From: Camelus ferus
Lineage: Eukaryota
NCBI RefSeq assembly: GCF_009834535.1
Contig: NC_045696.1
Span: 58,468,001-58,532,000 of the forward strand
Length of the DNA stretch: 64,000 nucleotides
Direction of reading: 5' to 3'
Shown here: piece by piece, positions 40,005 to 52,550 of the stretch
Layout: every line of letters begins with the position of its first letter
Numbering within the stretch: position 1 is the first letter of the stretch
The notes under the pieces: generated by a model
What the model saw: only the letters and a program-made list of their open reading frames with translations
The model's database searches: none
Told to the model about the DNA's origin: nothing
Position numbers and translations under genes: made by a program

Positions 40005-42498
40005 TGTATACTGATTTTTAACTTGACGTTTTATTATGAGTACTTACCCTTGTTATTAACCACTTTTGACATAATTTTAATACTTATAGAACATAGCATG
40101 TTATGACTATTCCATCAGGTATTTCAGATTAAACATTTTGGTAATTACTAATTTTTTACTATTATAAAGAATATGTATGTATATGTATATAAAAATATAT
40201 ATTCTGTTATATCCCTTGATTGTTTCTTCAGGATAAATTTCTAGGAAGACAAGGAGGAGTGCATAAATATTTTAAGGACTCAATACATACTGCCAAATTG
40301 GCTCCGGGGAAAACTGAATTAATTTACACTTTTACCAGAAGAGGATCAAAGGGAATGAAGCTTCAATTACTCTACTCTGGCCAGTGGCTTAATTTCTAAT
40401 TTAAATAAATAATAAAAAGAAACTAAAATAATAAGAAGAAACCTGTTTAACAGGTAAAAAATGTTTTCCTGTTTAAAATTTGTATTTACTTCATTGTTAG
40501 TGCAGTTGAAATATTTAAACATATTTTTACTTTAGTTTGTAGTTTAAAAAAGAATATTTCTCTCTATAGTAAAAAAATTATCATAATTAATAATTCCTTA
40601 ATATTATCTAATGTCTATTTCATAGTTAGATTGCAGTATTTGTCTCAAAAATGTCTTTTCTGGTTTGTTCAAAACAAAATCCAACCTGAGACTGTGCATT
40701 GAACCTGGTTATTATATCTTTTAAGAGTCTTTTAATCTGCAGTTCCTTCCATCTTTTCTTTTTTTCCCATGCATTGACTTACTGAAGAGATTGGGCCAGT
40801 TGTCTGCAGAATGTTTTATTTTTTCCAGATTTGTCTGGTTTTCCTTCCCTGTGGTGCTGTTCACCTTGATCCTCTATTGCCTGTATTTTTTTTGTAAGTG
40901 AGGAGCTAGCTCTAAAGGCATGACAGATTCAAGTTGAACATTTTTGGAAAGACTACATCATAAGCATTGTATATTTCTTACTGCATCATATCAGGGGACT
41001 GACTATTAACATCTTGTGGTCAGTCACTAGGGATGTTAAAACTGACCCCTGATGACAGTTGTGCAACCTTCTCCCTCCATTGTGCAGGTAGGATTTCCTC
41101 TTTGCAACTGCACAGTAATCTGCGTGGTACACTTTTGCACCAGAGGAATGTCCTGTGTCCATCCACCATTCACCTACCGACATTACCACCAATTGTTAAT
41201 TCCTGTCTAAATCAGTGTTTTCATTTGGGTTGAAACTGATGATTTTAGAATTCTATCTTTCCTTCTGTAATGCTTATTTTCTAATATTCTATAAAATAGA
41301 GCTTTCTCTCATCAATTGGGATCACTTGTTTACTCTGAAATACCATTACTACTGGAAAGGCAAGATGTTAATTTTTTTTATTACCCTTTCATTACCATTT
41401 AAATGTTTATTGTCCACTTACAGTTCTTTTGTGAGTTATCTTTTTAGTTTCCTTGCCTATTTGCAATGACAGTGTTCCTAATTCTCTTGTTGATATGTTG
41501 GCATTCTTTGTCAGAGTTGCATGTATTTCCCTCAATTTTTTATCTGGTTTTTAATTTTATTTGCTTTTGTGTACAGATATTTTATATTTTTATTTAATCT
41601 GGTCTCCTAATCTTCTTTGTGGTTTCTTCATTGCTTTCATGCTTAGAAATCCTTCTTTATCCCAAAGCCAGATCCACCTTTATCTTCCTATAGCTGTTTT
41701 AATAGTTGATTTTTTTTTTACAACTATAGAATGAGCTTATTTTTAAAACACCATTGCCTGCAGGATAAAAGTCAAACTTGGCAGCTTGGCGTATCAGCTC
41801 TTTGGAGTCTGGTCTTTCTTTTGGCTTTATTTCCAGTCTACACTTTAGCACCAGGAGACGGCAACAGTTTCATGAATTGTTAATGCTGTGCCAAGTGTCT
41901 ATGCCTTTACAAAAATGGATTCCCTTCTCTGTGACCCATGGCCTGATAAACATTTCTTCTTTTTTATCACTTCTTTTTGTAAAAAGTTTTCTGTGTTTCT
42001 CTCCATCTCACTTAGTCACCCCTTTGTGATCCTCCTAGAGCCTCTTGGTCGTGTTGACATTATCTTATTGGATCATTATTGTCTATATACATGTTTCTCT
42101 CCGTTGCTCCTGGCTGTAGGCACCTGAAGGGGGAGGACCATATCACTGTAGTCACTGCCAGCACACAGAGGGCACACAATCTGTTAAATGTGTGAAAAGT
42201 TAATGAAAGTACAGTTTTGGACAATAAACCAAGAGAATAGTTTACAAAAGCCTTTGCAGAGTGGTGGAAATACCACTTCAGAATTTCCAACATACAGATA
42301 AAAAGTCTTTCTTCCTTTGTTTCTAAGAAATATGGCTGTCAAAGACAGTGCTGACCTGAACGAAAAATAACATCATGTAAATATGATACGTATATGTTAA
42401 GGATGGCTTTGACATGCATGTTAGTGACAAAGAAACAATGCCACAGTGGCAAAATTATGGATGAAACTGCAGTGCTGAGAAATCCTTGCCCTCCGGCC

Positions 42499-42851
42499 TT
42501 TCTATCTCCACACTCTCTCCAGCATTTCATTTGTGGACTTTTGAATGATGGTCATTCTGACTGTGTGAGGTAATACCTCACTGTAGTTTTGATTTGCGTT
42601 TCTCTGATAATTTGCAATATTGAGCATTTTTTCATGTACCTATTGGCCATTTGTATGTCTTCACTGGAGAATTGCTTGTTTAGGTCTTCTGCCCATTTTT
42701 GGATTGGGTTGTTTGTTTTTTCCTTATTAAGGTGTATGAGCTGTTTATATATTCTGGAAATTAAACCTTTGTCATTTGCATCTTTTGCAAATATTTTCTC
42801 CCATTCTGTAGGTTGTTGTTTTGTTTTGCTTATGGTTTCCTTTGCTGTGCA
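42499..42851 (-). mobile_element. Internal L1 ORF2 C-terminal fragment
   Basis: The minus-strand ORF reads [81 protein letters not shown], a canonical L1 ORF2p segment. Confidence 0.93.
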
Positions 42852-43416
42852 ACACATGTAATTTTAGACATTTAGTTTAAAGAGGAAAAGAAACATAAGA
42901 TTAATTATGGTAATATATTTTAACCTACACATTAACATATTATGACTTCAACATACACAATATTTTTAAAGTTTGACATTGCTTCAGTTTTAAAATTTAA
43001 ACTTAAATTTAACTGAAGTTAAAAAAATTAAAATGATCAAAATTGGGACATTTAGTATTGATACATTACTGCTATCTAATCCACTGTCCATGTTCAAACA
43101 GCACTGGTTGAAATAATGTTCTTTGTGGCTATTTCTTCCCACAGTCCAGAATCTAATTCAGGATCATACATGGCATTTAGTTGTCATGTCTCTTTAGTCT
43201 CTTTGGATCTGGAAATAGTCTCAACCTTTCTGGACATTGAGATTTTTGAAGAGTATAGGCCAGTTGTTACGAAGAACATCCTTCAGTTTGGTTTTGTCTG
43301 ATGTTTCCACATGATTATTTTCCTTTTTGGCAAGAATCCCACAGAAAGTCTGAGTTTTTTACAATAGACACAGGGACTCCCTGCCCAGAACTTCCTTCAA
43401 GGGAGGGCATGTGGAA

Positions 43417-43782
43417 TGTTACAGACTAAATGCTTGTCTCCCCCATATTCATTTGTTGATGACCTACCCTCCAATGTGATGATATTAGGAGATGAGGTAA
43501 TTAGGTTTAGATGAGGCCATGAGGGTGGTGCTCCCATGATGGGATTAGTGCCCTTATAAGAAAAGGAAGGGACACCACAGCTTACTCTTTTACCATGTCA
43601 GGATATAGGAAGAAGGCAGCCAGCCATCTGCAAGCCAGTAAGAGGGCCCTCACCAAGAACTAAATCTGCCAGCACCTTGATCTTGGACTTCCCAGCCTCC
43701 AGAACTGTGGGAAATAAGTGTTAATTGTTTAAGCCACTCACTATATGGTAACTTGCTATAGCAGCTCGAGTACACTAAGACG
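43417..43782 (+). mobile_element. MaLR solo LTR (MLT1A/MLT1A0-like)
   Basis: tgttacagactaaatg...gggattagtgcccttataag...cagcctccagaactgtgggaaataag...ctaagac, matching MLT1A structure. Confidence 0.85.
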
Positions 43783-45587
43783 GGAGGACTTGTCACACAG
43801 CTGCAGGGAGAGTGGTCAGCAGACAGCCTTAGCCAACAGCTCCTTTATTGTCAGCCTCAGTTTCAGAGAGCCACCTTGTGGGATGTCATATCCACCTCAG
43901 GAATTCCACATCTGGTGACTCAGGAAGCAAGACTATCAAAGCCTGGCCATGTGGCCTGGCATAGGACACTCTAAAAGGCTGTGCTTGCTCCAGAACTCCT
44001 GCTGGGCTGCCTGAGGCACTTCTCTGTCAGGTTTGCACGACATTTCAACTTCTTTCTCTGCCAATACTGTTTCTCCCCTTCCCTTCACAAGTGTTGGTCT
44101 CTCATAAACATTTCATACCCCAACTCCACTTAGCACCTATTTCCAAAGAACCCAACCTGTAATGTTACCAGAAATAGGATGATGCAAAAAATAGGCCATA
44201 ATATGAATGTTTGCAATTGAATCATCTACCAGCTAGCTGGGGATAGATGGAGTATTGACAGCCCCACTTGTTAAATTCTTCAGCAGTGGTAGGTTGGGAG
44301 GTATACAGGTGGAAGGGAATATATAAGCAGGTACAATGTACCAAGCATCCAAGGTATATGGAGAAAAGAATAGCTGTGAAGGTAGTATATTGGATGGTTA
44401 TTGCTGACTGCCTTTCAGGTTCTACATAGAAATATAATAAACAGCCAAAGGCGAGTAACAGGCAATTGAAAATCAGGTATTAAAACTAAAGGACCACTTT
44501 GATTACTTCTATATAAAAAGAGAGAATCTCATCTTTAGCAGGAAGGCAGAGAAAGTTCAGGAGAAAGCCAAGGACTTAAGAGGTTAAAAGCTAGTCAAGG
44601 CAGGAACATTCCTGGTCAGGAAGCATTGGTTGGAAAACAGGACACATGAGGAAGGGTTATATGTACAGAGGACCCTGAAATTTTGACACCCCCATCTCAC
44701 TCCTGTCTCCTCTGAACCTTCTGAGCTTGCAGAAGTGGCTGCGGCCCAGCCTTCCATATTATGAGCTGGTACCTGTGCCTCACACAGCAACATATGCCCC
44801 TGTCCTCACCTCTCCTTTTGGCCACCAGGTCTATGATGAGGGCTAAGTGACAGCATAACCCAGCTGAAGACATGGTGATCCTAGTAAGGAAGGAAAGAAG
44901 CCACACACTAAGGAGGTTGCAAGATCTTACCAACATATAGCAGAAGGAGTAGGGCAGTGTATATGTGACTGGATTCTTAGGCTACTTAATCTAAGGGGTC
45001 AGAGCATACAATTGTATAAAGTTTACTGACTTGGGAGCATTTTCCTGAGATTCAGGATTTAACACCCAGCAAGAACCCAGGACCCCAATAGGTGTTGAGA
45101 ATTCACTCCTTGGACTGCTCCTTCAAGCGTGGAAAAGTGATGGCTCACATGGTGAAGCTGAAACACAGAATGGCCATGCCAGGCAGGAAAGGACAGGATT
45201 AAAAGTGGAAGTGAGCATGCTGGAATGATTACACTGCATAGGGCTGGTCTTACTGCTGGATGATATGTTCATGGGAAGGCCCAGAGGAATGAGCTGTGAG
45301 GAGCAGGGCATTGCTAAGCAGCTCAGTGGGGGCTCTCTTTGTAAGCCAGGGCTGATGGCAGCCAAAGCCATTAGAGAATCAGGCTCCCTGATATTACAAG
45401 ACCCTGACCAAACAGAAGCTAAGTGTCAATGATTAACAACCAGATGCTGAGGTGGGACCATGATTATTGTAATGACTGGCAAAGTCGGAGTGGCAGCCCG
45501 CTGACCTGACTGCAACGAATTATAAAAATGGTTACTGGAACATGGCCTCCACTGAGGCAAAATAGATGGGCTGCTGACAGGCTGAAT

Positions 45588-45710
45588 TTTTTTTGTTTTG
45601 TTTTGTGGGGGAGGTAATTAGGCTTATTTTTAATAGAGGTGCTGGGGATTGAACCCAGGATCTCATGCAAGCTAAACACGTGCTCTACCACTGAGCTATA
45701 CCCTCCCCCA
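45588..45710 (-). mobile_element. tRNA-derived SINE inserted in ERVL internal sequence
   Basis: Same family; TSD ctgaca(g/a)gctgaat at 45574-45587 and 45711-45724. Confidence 0.88.
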
Positions 45711-47165
45711 CTGACAAGCTGAATATTGCTTGGCTCTTACTAACAGAACACTGAGAGGCTGAGGGCACTCATCTCACAAAAAAACTCATGATTATTCCTA
45801 ACAGGAACCATACGTGAGTCTGGGTTCCAAGGGGTAGAAGCAGATTGGCATCTCGTATTATGACTCTTCACGATGCATAAAGGGACTTTGTATTTCTTGT
45901 CTCCATAACCCTGGGCTCTCAGGGGTTTGAGTTCCTGGTCTCCAAAAGTGCCAAATGTTTGGCAGGTGATAAAAGAGTCCCATTGGATTATGAGCTACGG
46001 CTGCTGCCTGAGCACTTTGGGCTCCTTGTGTCCAGGGGCCAGGCAAGAAGAGGGTCACTGTCTTGCCAGGAATTACGGAGCATCAGGAGGAGGTGGGGCT
46101 GCTTGTACACAACTGGCTGGGGTAGGGAGGAACACGGGTGGAATCCAGGTGACCCACTCAGGAGCCTCATTGTACTTCCTTGCCCAACTGTGACTACAGA
46201 AAATCAGGAACAACAACCACAGAGCAGGGCATGATGACCAGGGGATGAGAGTCTGGGTTATGCCACTGGTAAGTCACTGAGGCCACCGAGTTGGAAATTG
46301 AAGACAAAGACAATTAGAATGGATAGTGAAGGAGGGGAATGATGATACGCGTCAGTTGTAGCTTTGATACCAATGGTATCAGCTGTAGCTTGTCTCCCTC
46401 CCTTCCTACCTGTAAGTTTCCTCTCAGGAAGAGGTCCACCAGATTTCTGGAGAAGTGGTTATAGGCAACACAAGGCGCTGGTTGTGGTAGATATGAAGCT
46501 AAGCTGCCTAGACACCTCTGTTAGTGAAGAAATTGCTACCCGGCGTCAAGGAGTGTAGCCCCTTCGGGGTCTGCATCAGCTGCAGAGAACAGCCTCATCT
46601 GCGGTCACATCCTTCCCAGGGTAGCCTGCATCTGGTCACTGAATGAGGTGAGACTGTACAAGATTGGTCATTTCCGCCCCATGGGACATTCTGATAGGCA
46701 GTATTGACTCCAGAGCGTCCCACTGGATCAGTCGAGGCTTTGTCAGGTCAGAATGGCAGTTCGAACTCTTCTGAATCCTGCATCTACTCTGTTAACCCCT
46801 TCATAGGTGTTAATTGCTAATACACATCTTGCACTCCGAACTCTTCCTTAGTATCTCCAGAAAACTCAGTCTGTGACAGTGTCCTTTTCAGTGCATCATA
46901 TTAGGAAGCACATAGAGTTAGTTTGTCCCAAAATAGTGACATGAGCCTTGGTGACTTGGTGGTGTCTGCCAGGCTTCTCCACTGTAAAGTTCCTGGTTCT
47001 CCCTTTGCTTAGTAGACAATTTGGGGAGTTGTTTTGAGAATATATAAGTATCCTGTCCCTCATTAAACTTCAGTCTACTTTGGCATCGGTATCCATTAAC
47101 AGTTTTCTAAGTCCGTTATTCTTTCTATATTACTTGGTCTTCTGTAAGGAAGAGCTTTCTCTCCT

Positions 47166-47240
47166 TATCTATTTATCTATATCTGTCTAATCTGTCTGTC
47201 TATCTATCTATCTATTGTCTATCTATAGGCTTATCTATCT
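47166..47240. repeat. Imperfect (TCTA/TCTG)n tetranucleotide repeat
   Basis: tatctatttatctatatctgtctaatctgtctgtctatctatctatctattgtctatctat. Confidence 0.75.
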
Positions 47241-47689
47241 AGCATTTAAATTTATATTTGTATGGACTCATGGATTGTTCGTTTCACTCATTTTTGTTTC
47301 ATTCAATGAGTTTGAAAAATTACAATCATTGTTTAGTTTGATACTCATATTGTCCCAGATCGGATCAGTGGGAATACCTTCAAGCTGGCTCCTATGTCCT
47401 TTGGATACATCTCTGCCATTCTTTAGCAATTCTTTGTTTTCTGGCACAAGATAGTCCAGGCTTCTTTCTGTGCCCCAGGCCTGAGATCAACATTTTATCC
47501 AAAGACCTCTGGTCCCTTCTAGTGGAAATGGCATTTTGCTCCCTTATTTTCAGATAACTCCTTATTTTTTAACTCCCTTCCCTTACATGAGAGACCTGGC
47601 CTCCATTATTCTCAGTGTATTTATTCATTTGCTCAAGCCTAGGAAATACAGAAATAGTTTCAGAGTTGCTAATTAGATTTTAATATTTG

Positions 47690-50600
47690 TATGCCATTTT
47701 TTGAGTAAAATTTACATACAATGAAATGCAAAAATCTTAAGTGTACTATTAAAAGAATTCTGAAAAATTTGTAAACCTGTGAAATTCAAACCCCTATCAA
47801 TATACAGAACATTATCACCACCGTAGAACGGTCCCTTATGCCCCTTTCTAGTCAATCCAACCACTAGAGGCAACCATTTTTATGATTTTCTTTTCACTAT
47901 AGATCAGTTTTACTTTTTTAGATCTTCATTTAAATGGAAAAATACAGAATGTACTTTAAGTGTCTGGTTTCTTTTGCTCCACACAATATTTTTAAAGTTA
48001 TTTTTTTTGGTCCAGAATATGGTCTAACTTGGTGAATAGTACATGTGCACTGGAAAAGAATGTATATTCTGCTGTTGTTTGGTGAAGTGTTCTATAAATA
48101 CCAGTTGTGTCAAGTTGGTTGTTAGTATTGTTTCATGTTTTCTATCTCCTTATTAATTTTTTATCTAGTTGTTCTATCACTTACTGAGAAAAAAGTGTTG
48201 AAATCTCCAACTATAATTGTGGACTCATCTGTTTCTCCTTTCAGTTCTATTTGCTTTTGCTTTGTGTACTTCTAAACTCTGTTATTAGATGCTTTTCTAT
48301 GTGTTGTATCTTTTGATGAAATATCTCCTTTAACATTATGAAACATCCCTCTTTAACCTTGATAATATTTCTTGTTCTGAAGTTCACTTTGCCTGATATT
48401 AACATAGCTACTTCACCTTTCTTGTGATTAGTGATTTTTCCTTTAACATTCTTTTACTTTTATCTGATCTACCGTTCTAGATTTACAGTGGATTTCTTGT
48501 AGATAGCATATAGTTGGGTCTTGACCAATTTTTAAAATTCAGTAGGGCAATCTTGACGTTTTAATACTGTTTAGACCATTTACATTTAATGAAATTATCA
48601 GTATGGGTTGGGTTTAAATCTATCATATTGGCTGCTTGGTTTTTATTTGCCTATCTGTTCTTCATTTTATTTTTCCTTTTTTTCCCTTGCCGCCTTTTGG
48701 ATTAATTGAGTATTTTATGGTATTTTAGTTTTAATTCCTCTATTGGCTTATTAGATTTTAGATACCTTTTTTTGTCACTTCTCTTACAATATGTCCCTTT
48801 AACTCAACACAATCTGCCTTCAAATTATACCACTTCATGTATGGTATAAGAACCTTATAACTATATATCCAGTCACTATTCTTTTGCATTGTTAACATAT
48901 ATTTTACTTCTTCATTTGTTAAAACCTCATAAAACATTGCTACTGTTTTTGATTTAAGTGGTTAATTATATAGAGAGAAATTTTAAAAAGAAGACAAAAT
49001 CTTTATATTATGTTACACATTCACTATTTTTAAACACTATTTGTCTCTTCTGTGAATTTGAATTTCCATTTGGAATCATTTTTGTTTAATTTGAAGAACT
49101 TGCTCTAGCATTTATTATAATTTAGATATGCAGCAACAAATTCTCTCATCTTTTGTTTGCCTGAAAATACCTTTATTTCACCTTCATTTTTTGAAAGAAG
49201 TTTTGTTGGATGTAAAATTCTAGACTGATAGAGCTTTTTCATTCAGATTTAATTTCATTAAATTCTGGCTTACATTCTTTCTGATGTGGAGTCAGTAGTA
49301 ATTCTTGTCTCTGTTCCCTGTATACAATGTGGCTTTTTCTCTGGTTGTTTCTAATATTTTTCTTTTAATTGTTGGTTTTCAGCAATGTAAGTTTCCTTGC
49401 TGAGGATTCTTCATGTTTATCCTGTTAGGGGTTGGTTTGCTTTCTTGGATCTGTGCATTTATATTTTTCCTTAAATTTAGAAAAGTTTTGGCCATTATTT
49501 CTTTAAATATTTTTAAATCATCTCTCCTCTCTTTCTGGGTCTCTGATTACATGTGTTAGGTAACTTGGTATTGTCCTGCAGGTCACTAAGACTGTTCATT
49601 TTCTTTTCTTCTTTTCGTGATTTGGTGTAGATAATTCCTTTGTACTATTACCTCATTCACAAATCTTTTCTTCTGTAGCATCTAAGCTGCTTTTAAGACC
49701 ATCCAATGAAGCTTTAATCTTGAATATTGTATTTTTCTGCTCTAGAATTTCTATTTAGTTCTTTTTATAGTTTTCATTTATTTCATTTGATTTATGTTTT
49801 CCTTTAAATTCTTGATATTTTTAATAGCTTCTTTAAGTAATTCTCTGCTAATTTCATCATCTTTGTCATTTCTGAGCCTATTGACCAATTCTTCTCCTGT
49901 TTATTATTCACATTTTTCTGCTTCTTCACATACATAATAAGTTTTATTGGGTATTGGACACTGTAGGTGTTACATGATGTAGTGCCTAGATTTTGTTGTC
50001 TCTCTTTAAAGATTGTTAAGTTTCATTCAAGCAAGCAGTTAATTTACTTGCAGATAAGCTTTTTCAGCTTTGTTTAAGTGAGGCTAGAATAGACTTTACT
50101 CTTAGGCTGGGTTAGCCTAATCTCTAAGTGTGGCCTTTCTGAGGTCTTTTTACCAAATGCCCCGCATGTTTAATAAGGTTTTTCCATTCCAACTGATCAA
50201 AACTTTAATGTTTCCAAACTCTATCCTAGCCCTAGTAGTTGTTCAACTTACGGTTCCCCCTGTAGCTGTTATTTAACCAGCCTCCTGGAGTCTATCCTTA
50301 AACCTACACCAAAGAGTCAAGGAGACTCACGCATGTTTCCGGAGCTCTTTCTCTGAACTTTGTCTCGATCTCCTAATTCCAATTTCTCTCTCCTTAGCTA
50401 GAAGGGGAATGTATTCTGCTTAATTTTCTTCTATCCTGCGCTTAGGCAAATACCTCCAGAAAAGAATCTGGGGAAATCTTTGGGCTTATCTTACTTGTTT
50501 TCCTTCTTTCCAGGATCTCAGTCTTACTGTGCTTGTTGTCCAATGTCTGAAGACACTAATTTCACAGCTTTGGTCCAATTTTCTATTGTTTGTGGTAGGA

Positions 50601-51130
50601 AAGTTAGTCTGGTACCAGTTTCTTATTCATGGTTGGATCACCCATGACATTTTTAAAATGTAAACTTTCTATTGAATAATGAAATACATACTGAAAACTT
50701 GCATATATCTTAAGTGTACAACTTGACGGATTTTCATGAATTAAATACACTGGTGTAATCAAGATCCAGATCAAGAACATTATTAGAACTCCAGAAGCCC
50801 CCTAGTGGCCCTTTCCAAACACTAATACCACCTAAGGGTAACCAATATCCTGACTTCTACTCATATACTATTTTTGTCTGTTTTGAATATTCTATAAGTG
50901 GAATTGAGTAGTATATAATTTTTGTGTCTGGCTTATATCAGTCAGTTTTATGATTGCAAGATTCATCCATGCTCTGCACGCAGTTGATGATTGTTCATCC
51001 TCTTTCCTGTATACTACTCCATTATGTGAATATTCTAAAATTTATTTATCCTATAGAATTTATATATATGTGTTTTGGAAACCATTGGAATACATTTCTG
51101 TTGCATATATACCTAAGAGTGGAATTGCTG
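47690..51130 (-). mobile_element. Cluster of old L1 fragments (boundaries approximate)
   Basis: Long T-rich antisense L1 sequence (tggtccagaatatggtctaacttggtgaat...gttgaaatctccaactataattgtgga) flanked by L1M-type 3' ends. Confidence 0.7.
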
Positions 51131-51149
51131 AGTTAAACCCACTCCAACA

Positions 51150-52112
51150 AACACCAAATTTATACAATTAGTCTAGACATTTCTTCTGAACTCCAGTTAC
51201 ATATCCAAATCTGTTTGTCATCTCCATTTATAAGCATCTCAAATTTAACATATCCTAAACCATTTGTTCCTCCTTCCATGTTTCTGAATCAGTAAATGGC
51301 TTCTTAATTCACCTAGTTACTTGCAGAGTCATCCTTAATGCTCCTCTTTTCCATACCCTTCTCATCAAGCCAATTCATTATTAAGTCCCTTGGATTCCAC
51401 CTCTGATTTATGTGTCTCAAAATTATCCAACTCTTTGTCTCTACTCTACTCTACTGCCATTACCCTAGTTTAAGCCACTATCATCTCTGGCCTTGACTAA
51501 TGTAACTGTCTCCAAACTGGACTCCCAGCAACCCCTCCTGCCCTCTTGCAAACTATTCTCTACAAACAGCCTAAGTGAGCTTTTAAATATGTAAATCAGA
51601 TCCTACTTAACACTCTATTAGCTGCCCATTGACCTTAGGATACTTTCCAAAATACAGTATAAAATCTATAATGTGGCCAGGAAGAGCCTGCATAGTCTGG
51701 CCTCTGCCTCATCTCAGCTCAAGCTTGCCCCCTACACCTCAACCACACTGACTTCCTTTCACTTCCTAGAACAGATTAAGTTCTTTCATGCCCTGACAAC
51801 CTCAGACATAATGTTCCTTTGCCCTGCAACATTCTTTAAGGCTCTTACATATGCCTGGAACTTAAAAGGCACTCCTTCAAAGAGCTCTCTTCCCTGATAG
51901 TCCTGATTAATCTATCATCGCACCCACTAATTTTCCTTCATAGAACTAATCACAATTTATAATCTTGTAATGATTTATGCTTTAACATCCCTTGCTCCTA
52001 CCATACTTTAGATTCCATGGAGTGTTGTTTAGATTCACTCCTTTAACCCAGTGCCTCTAATACCGTGCTTGGCACATGGTATGCAGTCAGTAGTGCTTGT
52101 TTAATAATGCAT
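51150..52112 (+). mobile_element. L2 fragment
   Basis: ttcttctgaactccag...catctcaaatttaacatatcc...ccctagtttaagccactatcatctctggccttgac...cttggcacatggtatg. Confidence 0.7.
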
Positions 52113-52550
52113 GACGGATACAAAAGCTGGAAGGGGCCGCAGGAACAGCATCTGGCACTTCTTTGCCAAGATTAGGTGCCTCCCCGTGTGTGATGGTAGA
52201 TGGGGCAGGTCCTCTGCTTGTTCACTTAGAAGGGATTTATCCCCCCCTGCTCCTTCGGTGTTTGCTGTAGGGCCGCGTGAGAAACAAACTACCTCCAGAT
52301 ACAGACGGCAGGCGAGAGAGATCAGCCTTACTTGTGAGGGGCAGCATTATCTGTCACCAGAGAATTTTGCACTCTCTTGGGGTAGAAGCGTGAAAAGTAG
52401 CTGATCTTCCCTGGAGGGGGCGGGGCAGTGTGTCCTTCCCCCACTACCTGATTGGCCTGGCGAGCCGAGGGAACGGGGGCGGGGCTTCATCCCGCCGGGC
52501 GCCAGCCACGTTGCACGCGGGGCTGCCCCGAGGAAAGGCCACTCCCCGGC

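Larger units (their letters stand above)
14709..42355 (-). pseudogene. Candidate decayed multi-exon gene, possibly RGS22/RGSL1-like
   Basis: Minus-strand AG/GT-bounded segments: 42355-~42246, 38254-38091, 37953-~37800, 35497-35214, 31137-30815, 29878-29680, 26134-26012, 25880-25609, 23707-22901, 22642-22531, 20169-19815, 16066-15314, 15126-14709. Long frames with scattered stops, several phase-compatible junctions, RGS-like motifs. Manual inference only. Confidence 0.5.
43360..46878 (+). mobile_element. Degraded ERVL provirus remnant with two LTR16-like LTRs
   Basis: 5' LTR about 43360-44160 (split by MLT1A) and 3' LTR 46483-46878 (TG..CA) share similar blocks. Internal part has gag-like (about 44820-45300) and dUTPase-like (about 45960-46230) remnants. 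Confidence 0.75.
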
